In this document: piece after piece, positions 17,902-27,739 of the stretch
Numbering within the stretch: the stretch's first letter is position 1
How the letters are laid out: the number at the start of each line of letters is the position of its first letter
Assembly (NCBI GenBank): GCA_046328015.1
Contig: JAXLXH010000001.1
Location: 796,131 to 860,130 of the forward strand
Reading direction: 5' to 3'
Length of the DNA: 64,000 nt
Origin: Candidatus Sericytochromatia bacterium
GTDB lineage: Bacteria > Cyanobacteriota > Sericytochromatia > UBA7694 > JACMQJ01
Translations under genes and position numbers: made by a program
The notes under the pieces: model-generated
Seen by the model: only the letters and a program-made list of their open reading frames with translations
What the model was told of the DNA's origin: nothing
Database searches by the model: none

Positions 17902-19635
17902 ATGGAAACAATAATAGATGAATTTTCAGCCTCTAAAAGGACAAAAAATATAAAAAAATTAAAAGAAGAAGAATTTGATCTTTTAATAATAGGAGGCGGT
18001 ATTACAGGTGCAGGTGTTTCTTGCTGTGCTACTAATTCAGGATTAAAAACTGCTTTGGTAGAAATGAATGACTTTGCCAGTGGAACTAGTAGTAAATCTT
18101 CTAAGCTTTTACATGGAGGAGTAAGATACTTACAACAATTTAAATTTAAATTGGTATTTGAAGCCCTAAAAGATAGAAATTATTTATTTAAAAAATTACC
18201 CCATTTAGCAAAACCCTTATCTTTTTTAGTTCCTGTTTATAAAGGAAGTAAAGAACCTCTTTTTGTAGTAAATGCAGGGTTATCTATATATGATGCCTTA
18301 TCTTTTATTTCTAGAAATACAGCTACTAAATTTCATAAAATAATTTTTGGTTCTAAAATAAAAAACTATGAAGAAAAAATTAAAACTAAAAATTTAAAAG
18401 GTGCCATAAAATATTTTGATGGTATTTGTGATGATGCCAGATTAACTTTAGAAAATATTAAAACTTCTGATTTTTTGGGTACAACTATTGCAAACTATAT
18501 AAAAATAATTGGTTTTGATAGAAATGAAGATCTAGAAGTATCACATGCTATTGCAAAAGATTTATTATCAGGGGAAACTTTTAAAATAAAAGCTAAAAAG
18601 TTTTTAAATGCTAGTGGTCCTTGGGTTGATGCAGTAAATAAAACAGAAAATGCGAGTTATGAAAATAAATTAAAACCTACAAAAGGAATACACCTTGTTT
18701 TACCTAAATTAACTAATGAAAATGCTTTATTTTTAAAAACTCCTAACCCTCCACAAAGATGGTTTTTTATTATTCCTTATGGTAACTACACTTTAGTAGG
18801 AACGACAGATACAGAAGCAAAAATAAATGATGAAAATGATTTTTCTTATCTTGAAGAAGATAATTATGCTAAAGATGATGAAATAAAATACTTATTAGAT
18901 GCTGTTAATTTCTATTTTCCTGAAGCTAATTATACAAAAAAAGATATAATTAGTTCTTATGGTGGTTGGAGACCTTTAGTAGCTCCGCCTAAAGAAGAAG
19001 TTTTTTCTGAATCTGATATTTCTAGAGAGCATGAGATTTTTGAAACAGAATCAGGGATTGTTTGTATAGCTGGTGGAAAATTAACTACTTATATTTCTAT
19101 GTCAAAAGAAATAACAGAGTATATTTTAGATTCTTTAGATTTTGACTATGAAAAAGTTGAATATCCTAAAGTTATTAGTTGGAACAGTAATTTAGATAAA
19201 AACACTTTTATAAAATTAGAAAAAACTCTTAGAAATTATCAAAATGAAGATGTTTTAGAGTATTTAATTAATAAATATGGTACGGAATTTTATAAAATAT
19301 TAGAAATAATTAATTATTCACCTGATATGTCTAAATTAGTAGAAGGATTAAGTGAAGATGCAAAAATATACAGAGCGGAAATAATATACTCTGTTTTATA
19401 TGAAATGAGTATTAATCTCAAAGATTTTATGCTTAGAAGAAATAGAATAGCCCTAAAAGATAAAGATAAGGGTTTAAATGCAGTTGATGAAATTTTATCT
19501 ATTATGAGTTACACTCTTACCGAAGTAATGAACTGGTCTGAAGAATATAGAAAAAATTGGGTTCAAGTTCAAAAAGAAGAGTATATTTTAGAAATAAATA
19601 GAATAGATAATTTTTTAGTAACTTCTAAAACTTAA
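17902..19635 (+). CDS. glpD: FAD-dependent glycerol-3-phosphate dehydrogenase/oxidase
   Basis: IIGGGITG, DFASGTSSKSSKLLHGGVRYL, DDARL, NASGPWVD, KGIHLV, GWRPL, AGGKLTTY. Confidence 0.92.
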   Translation: METIIDEFSASKRTKNIKKLKEEEFDLLIIGGGITGAGVSCCATNSGLKTALVEMNDFASGTSSKSSKLLHGGVRYLQQFKFKLVFEALKDRNYLFKKLPHLAKPLSFLVPVYKGSKEPLFVVNAGLSIYDALSFISRNTATKFHKIIFGSKIKNYEEKIKTKNLKGAIKYFDGICDDARLTLENIKTSDFLGTTIANYIKIIGFDRNEDLEVSHAIAKDLLSGETFKIKAKKFLNASGPWVDAVNKTENASYENKLKPTKGIHLVLPKLTNENALFLKTPNPPQRWFFIIPYGNYTLVGTTDTEAKINDENDFSYLEEDNYAKDDEIKYLLDAVNFYFPEANYTKKDIISSYGGWRPLVAPPKEEVFSESDISREHEIFETESGIVCIAGGKLTTYISMSKEITEYILDSLDFDYEKVEYPKVISWNSNLDKNTFIKLEKTLRNYQNEDVLEYLINKYGTEFYKILEIINYSPDMSKLVEGLSEDAKIYRAEIIYSVLYEMSINLKDFMLRRNRIALKDKDKGLNAVDEILSIMSYTLTEVMNWSEEYRKNWVQVQKEEYILEINRIDNFLVTSKT

Positions 19636-20473
19636 CTCTAAAAGTTTGACTAGCAGGATGAGATCCATAATAGCCCATTACAACCCAATGATATAAACCA
19701 TTATTGGTACTTAAACCTTGTAAATCAGCAGCAGAAATATAATGGATTCCTCCTACTTTTCTACTAACTTTACCTACATTTTCAGATAAACTCCAATTAA
19801 AAGTATTTGGATCTGCTACAGGATTACCAGCTATATATAGTTTATATGGTGTTTCACAATAACTTCCACCAGTTTGCCAAGCAAATTCATAAACTTTTCC
19901 ATAAGATAAATCTATTTCTTCACAAGGTCTAGGAGTAATTAAGGTAATATTACAACCTCCTGAAACTTCGGCAGGTAAAAAATTCTGATTACAATCTACA
20001 TTATTTTTTGCAGTTTTATTATTGTTTTTACCACTATTACTTTTATTATTTGTAGTACTTTTACCTTTATTTACTTTTTTAAATCTTATTTGATCTCCTT
20101 CTGGAAAAGTAATGATTAAATCTTCTCCTTGAAAAGAGTATTTATAATCAACTTCACCATATGTTTCATATACTCGAATAGCATTATTATAAACAGCATA
20201 GTTAAAAACTTCACCATTAAAATCTAATTGATCTTTAGAAATAAAATTTAATTGATAAGTATCTACACCATCATTAGCAATCCAAGAACCTTCTAAAGTT
20301 TTTGCTTTAGATGTAGTAGTTTTATTTTTAGGAGTTAATGCTATTTTATTTTTAGTATTTATATTAGATTTTAATTTTAGTCCTATTGGACTACTATCTT
20401 TAATAGTAAAAGCAGATAAAGGAACAATTAAAGCTAAAGTAAAAAAAGGACTTAATTTAATTTTTTTATTCAT
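19625..20473 (-). CDS. Secreted hypothetical protein
   Basis: N-terminal signal peptide; K/T/N-rich linkers; Cys-containing C-terminal domain. Confidence 0.65.
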   Translation of the reverse strand: MNKKIKLSPFFTLALIVPLSAFTIKDSSPIGLKLKSNINTKNKIALTPKNKTTTSKAKTLEGSWIANDGVDTYQLNFISKDQLDFNGEVFNYAVYNNAIRVYETYGEVDYKYSFQGEDLIITFPEGDQIRFKKVNKGKSTTNNKSNSGKNNNKTAKNNVDCNQNFLPAEVSGGCNITLITPRPCEEIDLSYGKVYEFAWQTGGSYCETPYKLYIAGNPVADPNTFNWSLSENVGKVSRKVGGIHYISAADLQGLSTNNGLYHWVVMGYYGSHPASQTFRVKF

Positions 20474-20542
20474 AAATAGTTTTATAACAAAAATAATATA
20501 ATAAGTATATTACAAATTTTTTAATTGTGAATTATAAAAAGC

Positions 20543-20750
20543 GTGATACTTTGACAGGCTCAGTAAGCAATCGTGAAGCGTGAAGCGTGAATAGTTAAAA
20601 GTTAGAAGTTAGAAGTTAGAAGTTAGAAGAATAGAAGAGTTAAGCTTGATACTTCGACAATCTCAGTAGACAAGCGTGAATAGTTAAAATTTATAGATTT
20701 ATTTATTATTATAGTAGGGGTAAAGCACTGCTTTGCCCTCTTTTTAGAAA
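20543..20750 (+). repeat. Composite repeat: two REP units, heptamer array and GTAGGGG...GCTTTGCCC palindrome
   Basis: REP units at 20543 and 20647; AGTTAGA x4; GTAGGGGTAAAGCACTGCTTTGCCC near 20715 resembles the palindrome inside 29803-29904. Confidence 0.85.
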
Positions 20751-20896
20751 CCACAATAATGTAAATTAAAAATACAAAAATACTTTATTAGTAATTCTTG
20801 AATTTACCATAAAATGCCTCTTTTTAAATAATCCTATAGTCAGAACAAAAAATAAAACTCTATAATAAAAACATATTGTGAGATAAGGATAAAAAA

Positions 20897-21568
20897 TTGA
20901 AAAAATACTATAATGAGGTTTTGTATTTAATTATTTGTTCTTTTATTTCTTATAGTTTTTTTTATATCAGAAATACTTATATAGAACCTGAAGATTTTCA
21001 TTTTAGGTTTATGATTTGGAATTTAATTTTAGCTTGGATTCCTTATTTATGCTCATTTTTATTTTTATTTTTTCAAAGTAAAAGATTTTTAATATTTTCT
21101 TTTCCTCTAATTATCGTATGGTTTTTCTTTTTTCCTAATTCTTTTTATTTAATAACAGATTTAATTCATATAAAAAGACATGTTAATAATATTCATTGGT
21201 TTAGTGTAATTATGCTTTTTTCTTTTACTTGGACAGGTATAATATTAGGTTTTGCATCTCTTAATCATATTTTCGAAAGTATAAAAAATAAAACTAAATT
21301 TTTAGAGCAAGTTGTATTTATAGAATCTTTTATTTTCCTTACTTCTCTTGGTATTTATTTAGGTAGAATCCCTAGATGGAATAGTTGGGATGTATTATCT
21401 AAGCCTATAAACTTAATAAAAGAAACTTTAGATATTTTTATAAATTATGAAAAAAATAAAGAAGCCTTAATTTTTATAGGTTCTTATTTTATAATAATAA
21501 ATATGATTTGGTTAGGAATCTCTTTATTTAAGAAAAATACCATCTTTGAATCTAATTTTGATATATGA
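20897..21568 (+). CDS. DUF1361 family membrane protein
   Basis: WNLILAWIP, FFPNSFYLITDLIH, GIYLGRIPRWNSWD. Confidence 0.85.
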   Translation: MKKYYNEVLYLIICSFISYSFFYIRNTYIEPEDFHFRFMIWNLILAWIPYLCSFLFLFFQSKRFLIFSFPLIIVWFFFFPNSFYLITDLIHIKRHVNNIHWFSVIMLFSFTWTGIILGFASLNHIFESIKNKTKFLEQVVFIESFIFLTSLGIYLGRIPRWNSWDVLSKPINLIKETLDIFINYEKNKEALIFIGSYFIIINMIWLGISLFKKNTIFESNFDI

Positions 21569-22617
21569 ATAAATTTATAACAGTTAATATAATACCAACA
21601 GGTATAGGGGCAAATATAGGTGGCTTTGCAGGAGATGCTAACCCAGTAAATACCTTATTAGAAGAAATTTCAGATGTAGTTATTACACATCCTAATGCTG
21701 TAAATGCAGCTAGTTTATATCCTGCTACAAAAAAAACCCTATATGTAGAAGGTTTTGCTTTAGAGAAATTTATAGAAGGTAGTTGGGGCTTAAAAACAGT
21801 TAATTCAAATAAAATAGGCATTATTATAGATAAAAAAACTGAAAATAATCTAACAGCTATAATAAATGCAATAAATGCAACAAGAACTGTGTTTGGAGCT
21901 AATATTATTGGTTATACTATTACAGAAGAAGAAATTGGTGCTAAAGTAATAAAAAATCAAGATAAAAATGCTTCTATACCTTATGATGGAATAATAAAAA
22001 ATCAACAAACAATTTTTAATGCGGCAGAAAAACTTATTAAAAATGGAGCTGAAGCTATTGCTATTTTTGCCTATTTAGAAAATCCTTATGAAGATGATGA
22101 TGAAGACTATTTAAGTGGTGTAGGAGCAGACCCCATAGGAAGATTAGAAGCTAAAATATCTCATTTAATTGTAGAAAAATATAAAATACCTTCTGCTCAT
22201 GCTCCTATAATAGATGATTATGAAAGAAAAATTTCTGATCCTAGAGTTTCAGCAGAAGAAATAGGTTTTACTTATATACCTTGTGTTATAAAAGGTTTGC
22301 AGTTTGCACCAAAAATAGTAGATATTCAAAAAGATAATTTTTTTAGTTATACAAATAAGGATATATCTTGTGTTTTAGCTCCATATTCAGCTTTAAAGCA
22401 TAAATGGGTTGAAGATTGTATAAAAAATAAAATACCTATTATTGCTATAAAAGAAAATACGACTGTATTAAATAATACTCCTGAGATATTAAATATTACT
22501 GAAGAAATAATAAGTGCTGATAATTATCTAGAAAGTATTGGTATAATAACATCAATAAAAGCTGGTATTGATTATAGATCTGTAAGAAGACCTATAAACC
22601 AAATTAATATTATTTAA
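21565..22617 (+). CDS. DUF3326 family protein
   Basis: IIPTGIGANIGGFAGDA, ITHPNAVNAA, YVEGFALE, GADPIGRLEAKISH, SAEEIGFTYIPCV. Confidence 0.8.
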   Translation: MNKFITVNIIPTGIGANIGGFAGDANPVNTLLEEISDVVITHPNAVNAASLYPATKKTLYVEGFALEKFIEGSWGLKTVNSNKIGIIIDKKTENNLTAIINAINATRTVFGANIIGYTITEEEIGAKVIKNQDKNASIPYDGIIKNQQTIFNAAEKLIKNGAEAIAIFAYLENPYEDDDEDYLSGVGADPIGRLEAKISHLIVEKYKIPSAHAPIIDDYERKISDPRVSAEEIGFTYIPCVIKGLQFAPKIVDIQKDNFFSYTNKDISCVLAPYSALKHKWVEDCIKNKIPIIAIKENTTVLNNTPEILNITEEIISADNYLESIGIITSIKAGIDYRSVRRPINQINII

Positions 22618-22618
22618 T

Positions 22619-23956
22619 ATGTATATTTTAAAAATAACTAATACTAAAAGATATATAGATAAAAAAGATATAATTAGTAAAATTTTTCCTAAAATAACTG
22701 AAAATATCTTAAATATAATTTTTTCTAATGATCCTGTTTTTATTACTTGTACTACTAGAAATGCCTTTCATTTTATTGCAGAAAAATTTACTTATGAAGC
22801 AGAAATAGAATTAGAAAAATTAGACGCTGTTCCTAAAGAAAATACTATATTAACCTCTTTTGTTTTACCTTATCCAGAAAATAATAATATTTATGATTTA
22901 ATTTATATATGGGGTAAAAGTGCTCCAAAAGAATTATCTATAGAAATAGAGGCTATTACAGAATTAAATAAAAAAGATTTTATTGCAGAATCTAATGCTT
23001 GTAAAACTTGTTATAAAGAAACACCTGAAGATATAAATTTCTGTATTTTTTGTGGTTCAGACCATAATAAAAATATTACAGAACAAAGAGAAGAATATAG
23101 TATAAAAATAAATAGAATTTCAGAACTATCAACTAGAGTAAAAATAGCTAAATATTTATACGATAATGGAGAAAATAAAGACTACAAAAAAATATTAGAT
23201 TCTTTTAATAAATTTCCAATTAATATAGAATTAAGAGCTTTTAATAAGAATTTTACTAAATTTAAGGAATTATTAAATGAATATTCTATAGATTTTTCAT
23301 ATCATAATAGTAATAATGTATCAAAAATATTAACTATTTTTGGTAATAAAATTGATATAGGTAATTTTGAAATAAAAAATGATTATTTTGATCCCATTTT
23401 ATCAAAAAATATTTCAGAAACACTAAAAACATCCTCTTCTCCTATTTTAAGAAAGTCTCTTAGCAAATGTCTGTTTGAAATTTATAGAACTTTTGATTTT
23501 ATGAAAACTTCAGAAAGTAATGCTAAAGTATTATTAGATCAAAATAAAAAAGATTTAGAAGATATTTTAGTTAAATTTTTAACTTTTATGCGAAGAGCTA
23601 ATAAATTATATACTTATTTTCAAGAAAAAAGCTTAGAACAAATAAATAGTGAGATTTTATTTATAAAAGATAAAATAGAAAAATCTTCTGAAACTAAAGC
23701 AGTAGATATGTATAAGCAATCTTTAGAAATAAAAGAAAAAGAAATAGAAGAATACATGAAATTAAATAAATCTGTTGAAATAATATATTCTCAAATTATT
23801 TCTGTAACAACTCTTTTAGGCTCTATAAGAACAAAAATTGCCTTTATAGATACTCATGATATTCAAAATGAAAAAGGTGATTTTGCCGAAATAAACAAAA
23901 TGAAAGAAAATATCATGAGCAATTTAAAAGCTGTAGAAGGTGTTTTTTACACCTAA
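22619..23956 (+). CDS. Hypothetical protein with central zinc ribbon and helical C-terminus
   Basis: CKTC...FCIFCGS; coupled to the upstream gene (1-bp gap). Confidence 0.65.
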   Translation: MYILKITNTKRYIDKKDIISKIFPKITENILNIIFSNDPVFITCTTRNAFHFIAEKFTYEAEIELEKLDAVPKENTILTSFVLPYPENNNIYDLIYIWGKSAPKELSIEIEAITELNKKDFIAESNACKTCYKETPEDINFCIFCGSDHNKNITEQREEYSIKINRISELSTRVKIAKYLYDNGENKDYKKILDSFNKFPINIELRAFNKNFTKFKELLNEYSIDFSYHNSNNVSKILTIFGNKIDIGNFEIKNDYFDPILSKNISETLKTSSSPILRKSLSKCLFEIYRTFDFMKTSESNAKVLLDQNKKDLEDILVKFLTFMRRANKLYTYFQEKSLEQINSEILFIKDKIEKSSETKAVDMYKQSLEIKEKEIEEYMKLNKSVEIIYSQIISVTTLLGSIRTKIAFIDTHDIQNEKGDFAEINKMKENIMSNLKAVEGVFYT

Positions 23957-24501
23957 CCTAGTTCAAAATTATCATCAAAAAGACCTTGTAAATTTTCTAT
24001 TGTTACTTTTTTATTTTTAGTATCAACATCTTTAACCAAAGCATTTACAAAAGGTACTAAAACCTCTTTATTATCTTTAGTAACTATCTCCAAAACAACA
24101 TTTGGTTCTTCATATACATCTCTTACTTTACCAATATAAGTGCCATCTGTAAGATACGCATCCAAACCTAAAAGATCATCTATATAAAAAACATCTTCTT
24201 CTTCTATTTCATATCTTTCAGAAAAAGGAATTTTTATTAATGCACCTTTGTATAAGTTTACAGTTTCAGGATCTTTAAAAAAGTCAAATTTAATAAGTAA
24301 AAACTTATTAGAATCTTTAATATCTTCTATTTGAAGTTCTATAGGTTTTTTATCTTTATGAAATAAAAATACCCTCTCTAAGTCATCAAATCTTTCTATA
24401 TAATCGGTAAGAGGGTAAACTTTGGCAAAACCCTTAACTCCATGTGAGCCCGAAATTTTGCCTATTGAAATAAATTTATTATCCACGAATTTCTGTAACA
24501 A
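23953..24501 (-). CDS. rimM: Ribosome maturation factor RimM
   Basis: IGKISGSHGVKG, FYIDDLLGL, IGKVRDV, VLVPFV. Confidence 0.93.
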   Translation of the reverse strand: MLQKFVDNKFISIGKISGSHGVKGFAKVYPLTDYIERFDDLERVFLFHKDKKPIELQIEDIKDSNKFLLIKFDFFKDPETVNLYKGALIKIPFSERYEIEEEDVFYIDDLLGLDAYLTDGTYIGKVRDVYEEPNVVLEIVTKDNKEVLVPFVNALVKDVDTKNKKVTIENLQGLFDDNFELG

Positions 24502-24904
24502 CTCCGTCTTTTACTACTATTATAGCATTAGACATTTTTTCATATAAATTATCGCCTACTTTTAATTCAACATAATTATCAATTGTTCCTTGTGGGAATA
24601 AAGTTCCTAATTCTAATTGACCAATCATATTTAATTTTTGTAATAACTCTTGTTTACCAGCGTTTAATCTTTGTCTTTCAGCTTCTATTTGACCTTTTAC
24701 ATTTTCAAGTTCAGCAGGAGAAGCTTTTTGTTTTTCTAAATCAGCTAATGCTCTTTTACCTTGAAATTCAAGTTGTTGTAAATTGCTATCCATTTGTTGC
24801 AAATTTTGTTGAATTTCATTTGCAGCATTTGTTTTAAATACTTCTGTTACTATTGCCTGTACCAATACTTGTCTTTTTACACTTATAGAATTTAATGAAC
24901 TCAT
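24479..24904 (-). CDS. ylqD: YlqD family protein
   Basis: VKRQVLVQAIVTE, QQLEFQG, VELKVGDNL, IVVKDGVVTEIR; directly upstream of rimM. Confidence 0.85.
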   Translation of the reverse strand: MSSLNSISVKRQVLVQAIVTEVFKTNAANEIQQNLQQMDSNLQQLEFQGKRALADLEKQKASPAELENVKGQIEAERQRLNAGKQELLQKLNMIGQLELGTLFPQGTIDNYVELKVGDNLYEKMSNAIIVVKDGVVTEIRG

Positions 24905-25014
24905 TTATTTTTTATTCCTCTAAAAAATCTAAACACATCAATTATACTTTACTAGGGTTTTTATGAAAAGAGTAGGTAATTTATCTGGATTAATATTACA
25001 TAGGTTTTTATGCT

Positions 25015-25258
25015 TGTCAGAATTAAGATTTACAAGATTAAAGGATTAACAGGATTTTTAGCTATGATTTTTATTTTTTTAGTTAAAAATTAAAAAACTT
25101 TTTTCAACTCATCAGTAAAAGAAAAAGTTACGCAAAACGTTTTGCGTAATTCTCTCAACTATTTTTATACTAATTATCTCAATACTTCTCACTTTTTACT
25201 TTTCACTCTTAACGGTTCACGACTCACGTTTCTATTATTCTCACTTTTCACTTTTCAA
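25015..25258. repeat. Composite repeat: nonamer module, palindrome insert and heptamer array
   Basis: Aligns with 1577-1905; an extra 51 bp containing TTACGCAAAACGTTTTGCGTAA is bounded by a TCAACT duplication. Confidence 0.8.
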
Positions 25259-25329
25259 TCTATCGACATACTCTTAATAAAATAGCATGATATAATAAAA
25301 ATCTAATTTTTTATTATTTTGGATTAAAT

Positions 25330-26652
25330 ATGAAAATAGCAGTTATAGGCACAGGTTATGTTGGTTTAGTAACAGGAACTTGCTTTTCTGAAATGGGAAA
25401 TGATGTTATTTGTGCAGATATTAATGAAAATAAAATTGAAGGTTTAAAAAAAGGTATTATACCTATTTATGAACCTGGTTTAGAAGAATTAGTAAAAAGA
25501 AACTATAAAGAAAAAAGGCTTAATTTTACAACTAATATAAAAGAAGCAATAGAAAAATCTCTAATTATTTTTATAGCTGTAGATACACCTGCTAATGAAG
25601 ATGGAACCCCTAATTTAAATAGTATAAAAAAAGTATCTGAAACCATTGGTGAATATATAAATTCATATAAAATTATAGTTAATAAATCTACCGTACCTGT
25701 TGGAACTGCTGATTTTGTTAAAAATGAAATTTTATCTGTAATGAAAAAAAGAGAAATTGAATTCGAATTTGATATGGTTAGTAACCCTGAGTTTTTAAAA
25801 GAAGGTGCTGCTATAGATGATTTTATGAAACCAGATAGAGTAGTTATTGGTACAGATAATGTAAGAACAGCAGAAATAATGAAAGAGCTTTATTCTTCAT
25901 TTGTAAGAAATGAACATCCTATAATTTGTATGGATATAAAATCAGCTGAAATGACAAAATATGCAGCTAATGCTTTTTTAGCTACTAAAATATCTTTTAT
26001 TAACGAAATTGCAAATATCTGTGAGCTTTTAGGTGCAGACGTTACTAATGTAAGAAAAGGTATAGCTGCTGATAATAGAATAGGAAATAAGTTTTTATAC
26101 CCTGGTGTTGGTTATGGAGGTTCTTGTTTTCCTAAAGATGTAAAAATATTAATTGATATGGCTAAAAATGTTAATTATGAAGCAAAAATTTTTGAATCAG
26201 TTAATAATTTAAATAACTATCAAAAAAATGTATTAGTAGATAAAATTATAAGTTATTTTAATAAAGAAGATTTAACTGGTTACACTTTTGGAGTTTGGGG
26301 ATTAGCTTTTAAACCCCATACAGATGATGTTAGAGAAGCTCCATCTGAAATAATAATTAAAAATTTAATAAAAAGAGGGGCAAAAATAAAAGCTTTTGAT
26401 CCTGAAGCTATTGATACCTTTAAAACACTTATAGGTAATACAGATTCAATTACTTATTTTGATAATATGTATGAACTTTTAGAAAATATTTCAGCTCTTT
26501 TATTAATAACTGAATGGCCTCAATTTAGAAAGCCCGATTTTGATAAATTAAAAGAATTAATGAAAGAAAAAATAATTTTTGATGGTAGGAATCAATATGA
26601 TCCTTTTATCATGAAAAAATTAGGCTTTGAATATATTTGTATAGGAAGATAA
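25330..26652 (+). CDS. ugd: UDP-glucose 6-dehydrogenase
   Basis: [49 protein letters not shown]. Confidence 0.95.
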   Translation: MKIAVIGTGYVGLVTGTCFSEMGNDVICADINENKIEGLKKGIIPIYEPGLEELVKRNYKEKRLNFTTNIKEAIEKSLIIFIAVDTPANEDGTPNLNSIKKVSETIGEYINSYKIIVNKSTVPVGTADFVKNEILSVMKKREIEFEFDMVSNPEFLKEGAAIDDFMKPDRVVIGTDNVRTAEIMKELYSSFVRNEHPIICMDIKSAEMTKYAANAFLATKISFINEIANICELLGADVTNVRKGIAADNRIGNKFLYPGVGYGGSCFPKDVKILIDMAKNVNYEAKIFESVNNLNNYQKNVLVDKIISYFNKEDLTGYTFGVWGLAFKPHTDDVREAPSEIIIKNLIKRGAKIKAFDPEAIDTFKTLIGNTDSITYFDNMYELLENISALLLITEWPQFRKPDFDKLKELMKEKIIFDGRNQYDPFIMKKLGFEYICIGR

Positions 26653-26653
26653 A

Positions 26654-27595
26654 ATGAATAAAAAAATTTTGATAACAGGTGGTGCTGGTTTTATAGGTAG
26701 TCATCTAGCAAAAGATCTTTTAACTAGAGGTAATAAAGTAACTGTTTTGGATAATTTTTTTACTGGTTCTAAAAATAATTTACTAGATGTTTTGGATAAT
26801 CCTAATTTTACTTTAATAGAGCATGATATTATAGAACCTTTTTCTTTAGACGTAGATGAAATATATAACTTAGCTTGTCCTGCTTCACCCGTTCATTATC
26901 AATATGATCCTATAAAAACGATGAAAACTAATTTTAATGGTATGTTAAACATGTTAGAGTTAGCAAAAAAAAATAAGGCTAAAATTTTACAAGCTTCTAC
27001 ATCTGAAGTATATGGAGATCCAGAAGTTCATCCACAAAAAGAAAATTATAGAGGTTGTGTCAATCCTATAGGAATAAGAGCTTGTTATGATGAAGGTAAA
27101 AGAATAGCAGAAACTTTATGTTTCGATTTTTATAGACAATATCAAGTTGAAGTTAGAGTTATTAGAATTTTTAATACCTATGGTCCAAATATGTTAGAAA
27201 ATGATGGTAGAGTGGTTAGTAATTTTATTGTTCAATGTTTAAAAAATGAAGATATAACTGTATATGGAGAAGGTGCACAAACTAGATCTTTTTGTTATGT
27301 GTCTGATTTAGTTTCAGGTATGATAAAAATGATGGAAAATAGTCAATCCTTTATAGGTCCAGTTAATTTGGGAAGACCTAGTGAAAACACTGTTTTGGAA
27401 ATAGCTAATAAAATAAAAGAAATGACAAATAGTTCTTCTAATATTATTTTTAAAGAGCTTCCAAAAGATGATCCTACCAGAAGAAAACCAGATATTTCAT
27501 TAGCAAAAGAAAAACTTAATTGGGAACCAGTTGTAAACCTAGAAGATGGTTTAGCTAAAACTATTGAATATTTTGCTAAAATTAAAAGTATTTAA
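26654..27595 (+). CDS. UDP-glucuronate decarboxylase (UDP-xylose synthase)
   Basis: [54 protein letters not shown]. Confidence 0.92.
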   Translation: MNKKILITGGAGFIGSHLAKDLLTRGNKVTVLDNFFTGSKNNLLDVLDNPNFTLIEHDIIEPFSLDVDEIYNLACPASPVHYQYDPIKTMKTNFNGMLNMLELAKKNKAKILQASTSEVYGDPEVHPQKENYRGCVNPIGIRACYDEGKRIAETLCFDFYRQYQVEVRVIRIFNTYGPNMLENDGRVVSNFIVQCLKNEDITVYGEGAQTRSFCYVSDLVSGMIKMMENSQSFIGPVNLGRPSENTVLEIANKIKEMTNSSSNIIFKELPKDDPTRRKPDISLAKEKLNWEPVVNLEDGLAKTIEYFAKIKSI

Positions 27596-27739
27596 TTTTT
27601 TTGATAATTATAAATTACACTAATATTTAACAAATAAATAACTTTTTTTTTATTGTGTTGGTTACTACTTTTTTTTTTATTTAATACGTGTTAAAAATTA
27701 ATTTGCATAATATTTGTATAGAAATAATGGTGGTAAAAC

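Noticed and set aside
17390-20750. Possible CRISPR array from the recurring GATACTTCGACAGGCTCAG units
   Set aside because: Copies are dispersed, irregularly spaced and separated by heptamer arrays rather than unique spacers; no cas genes are present.
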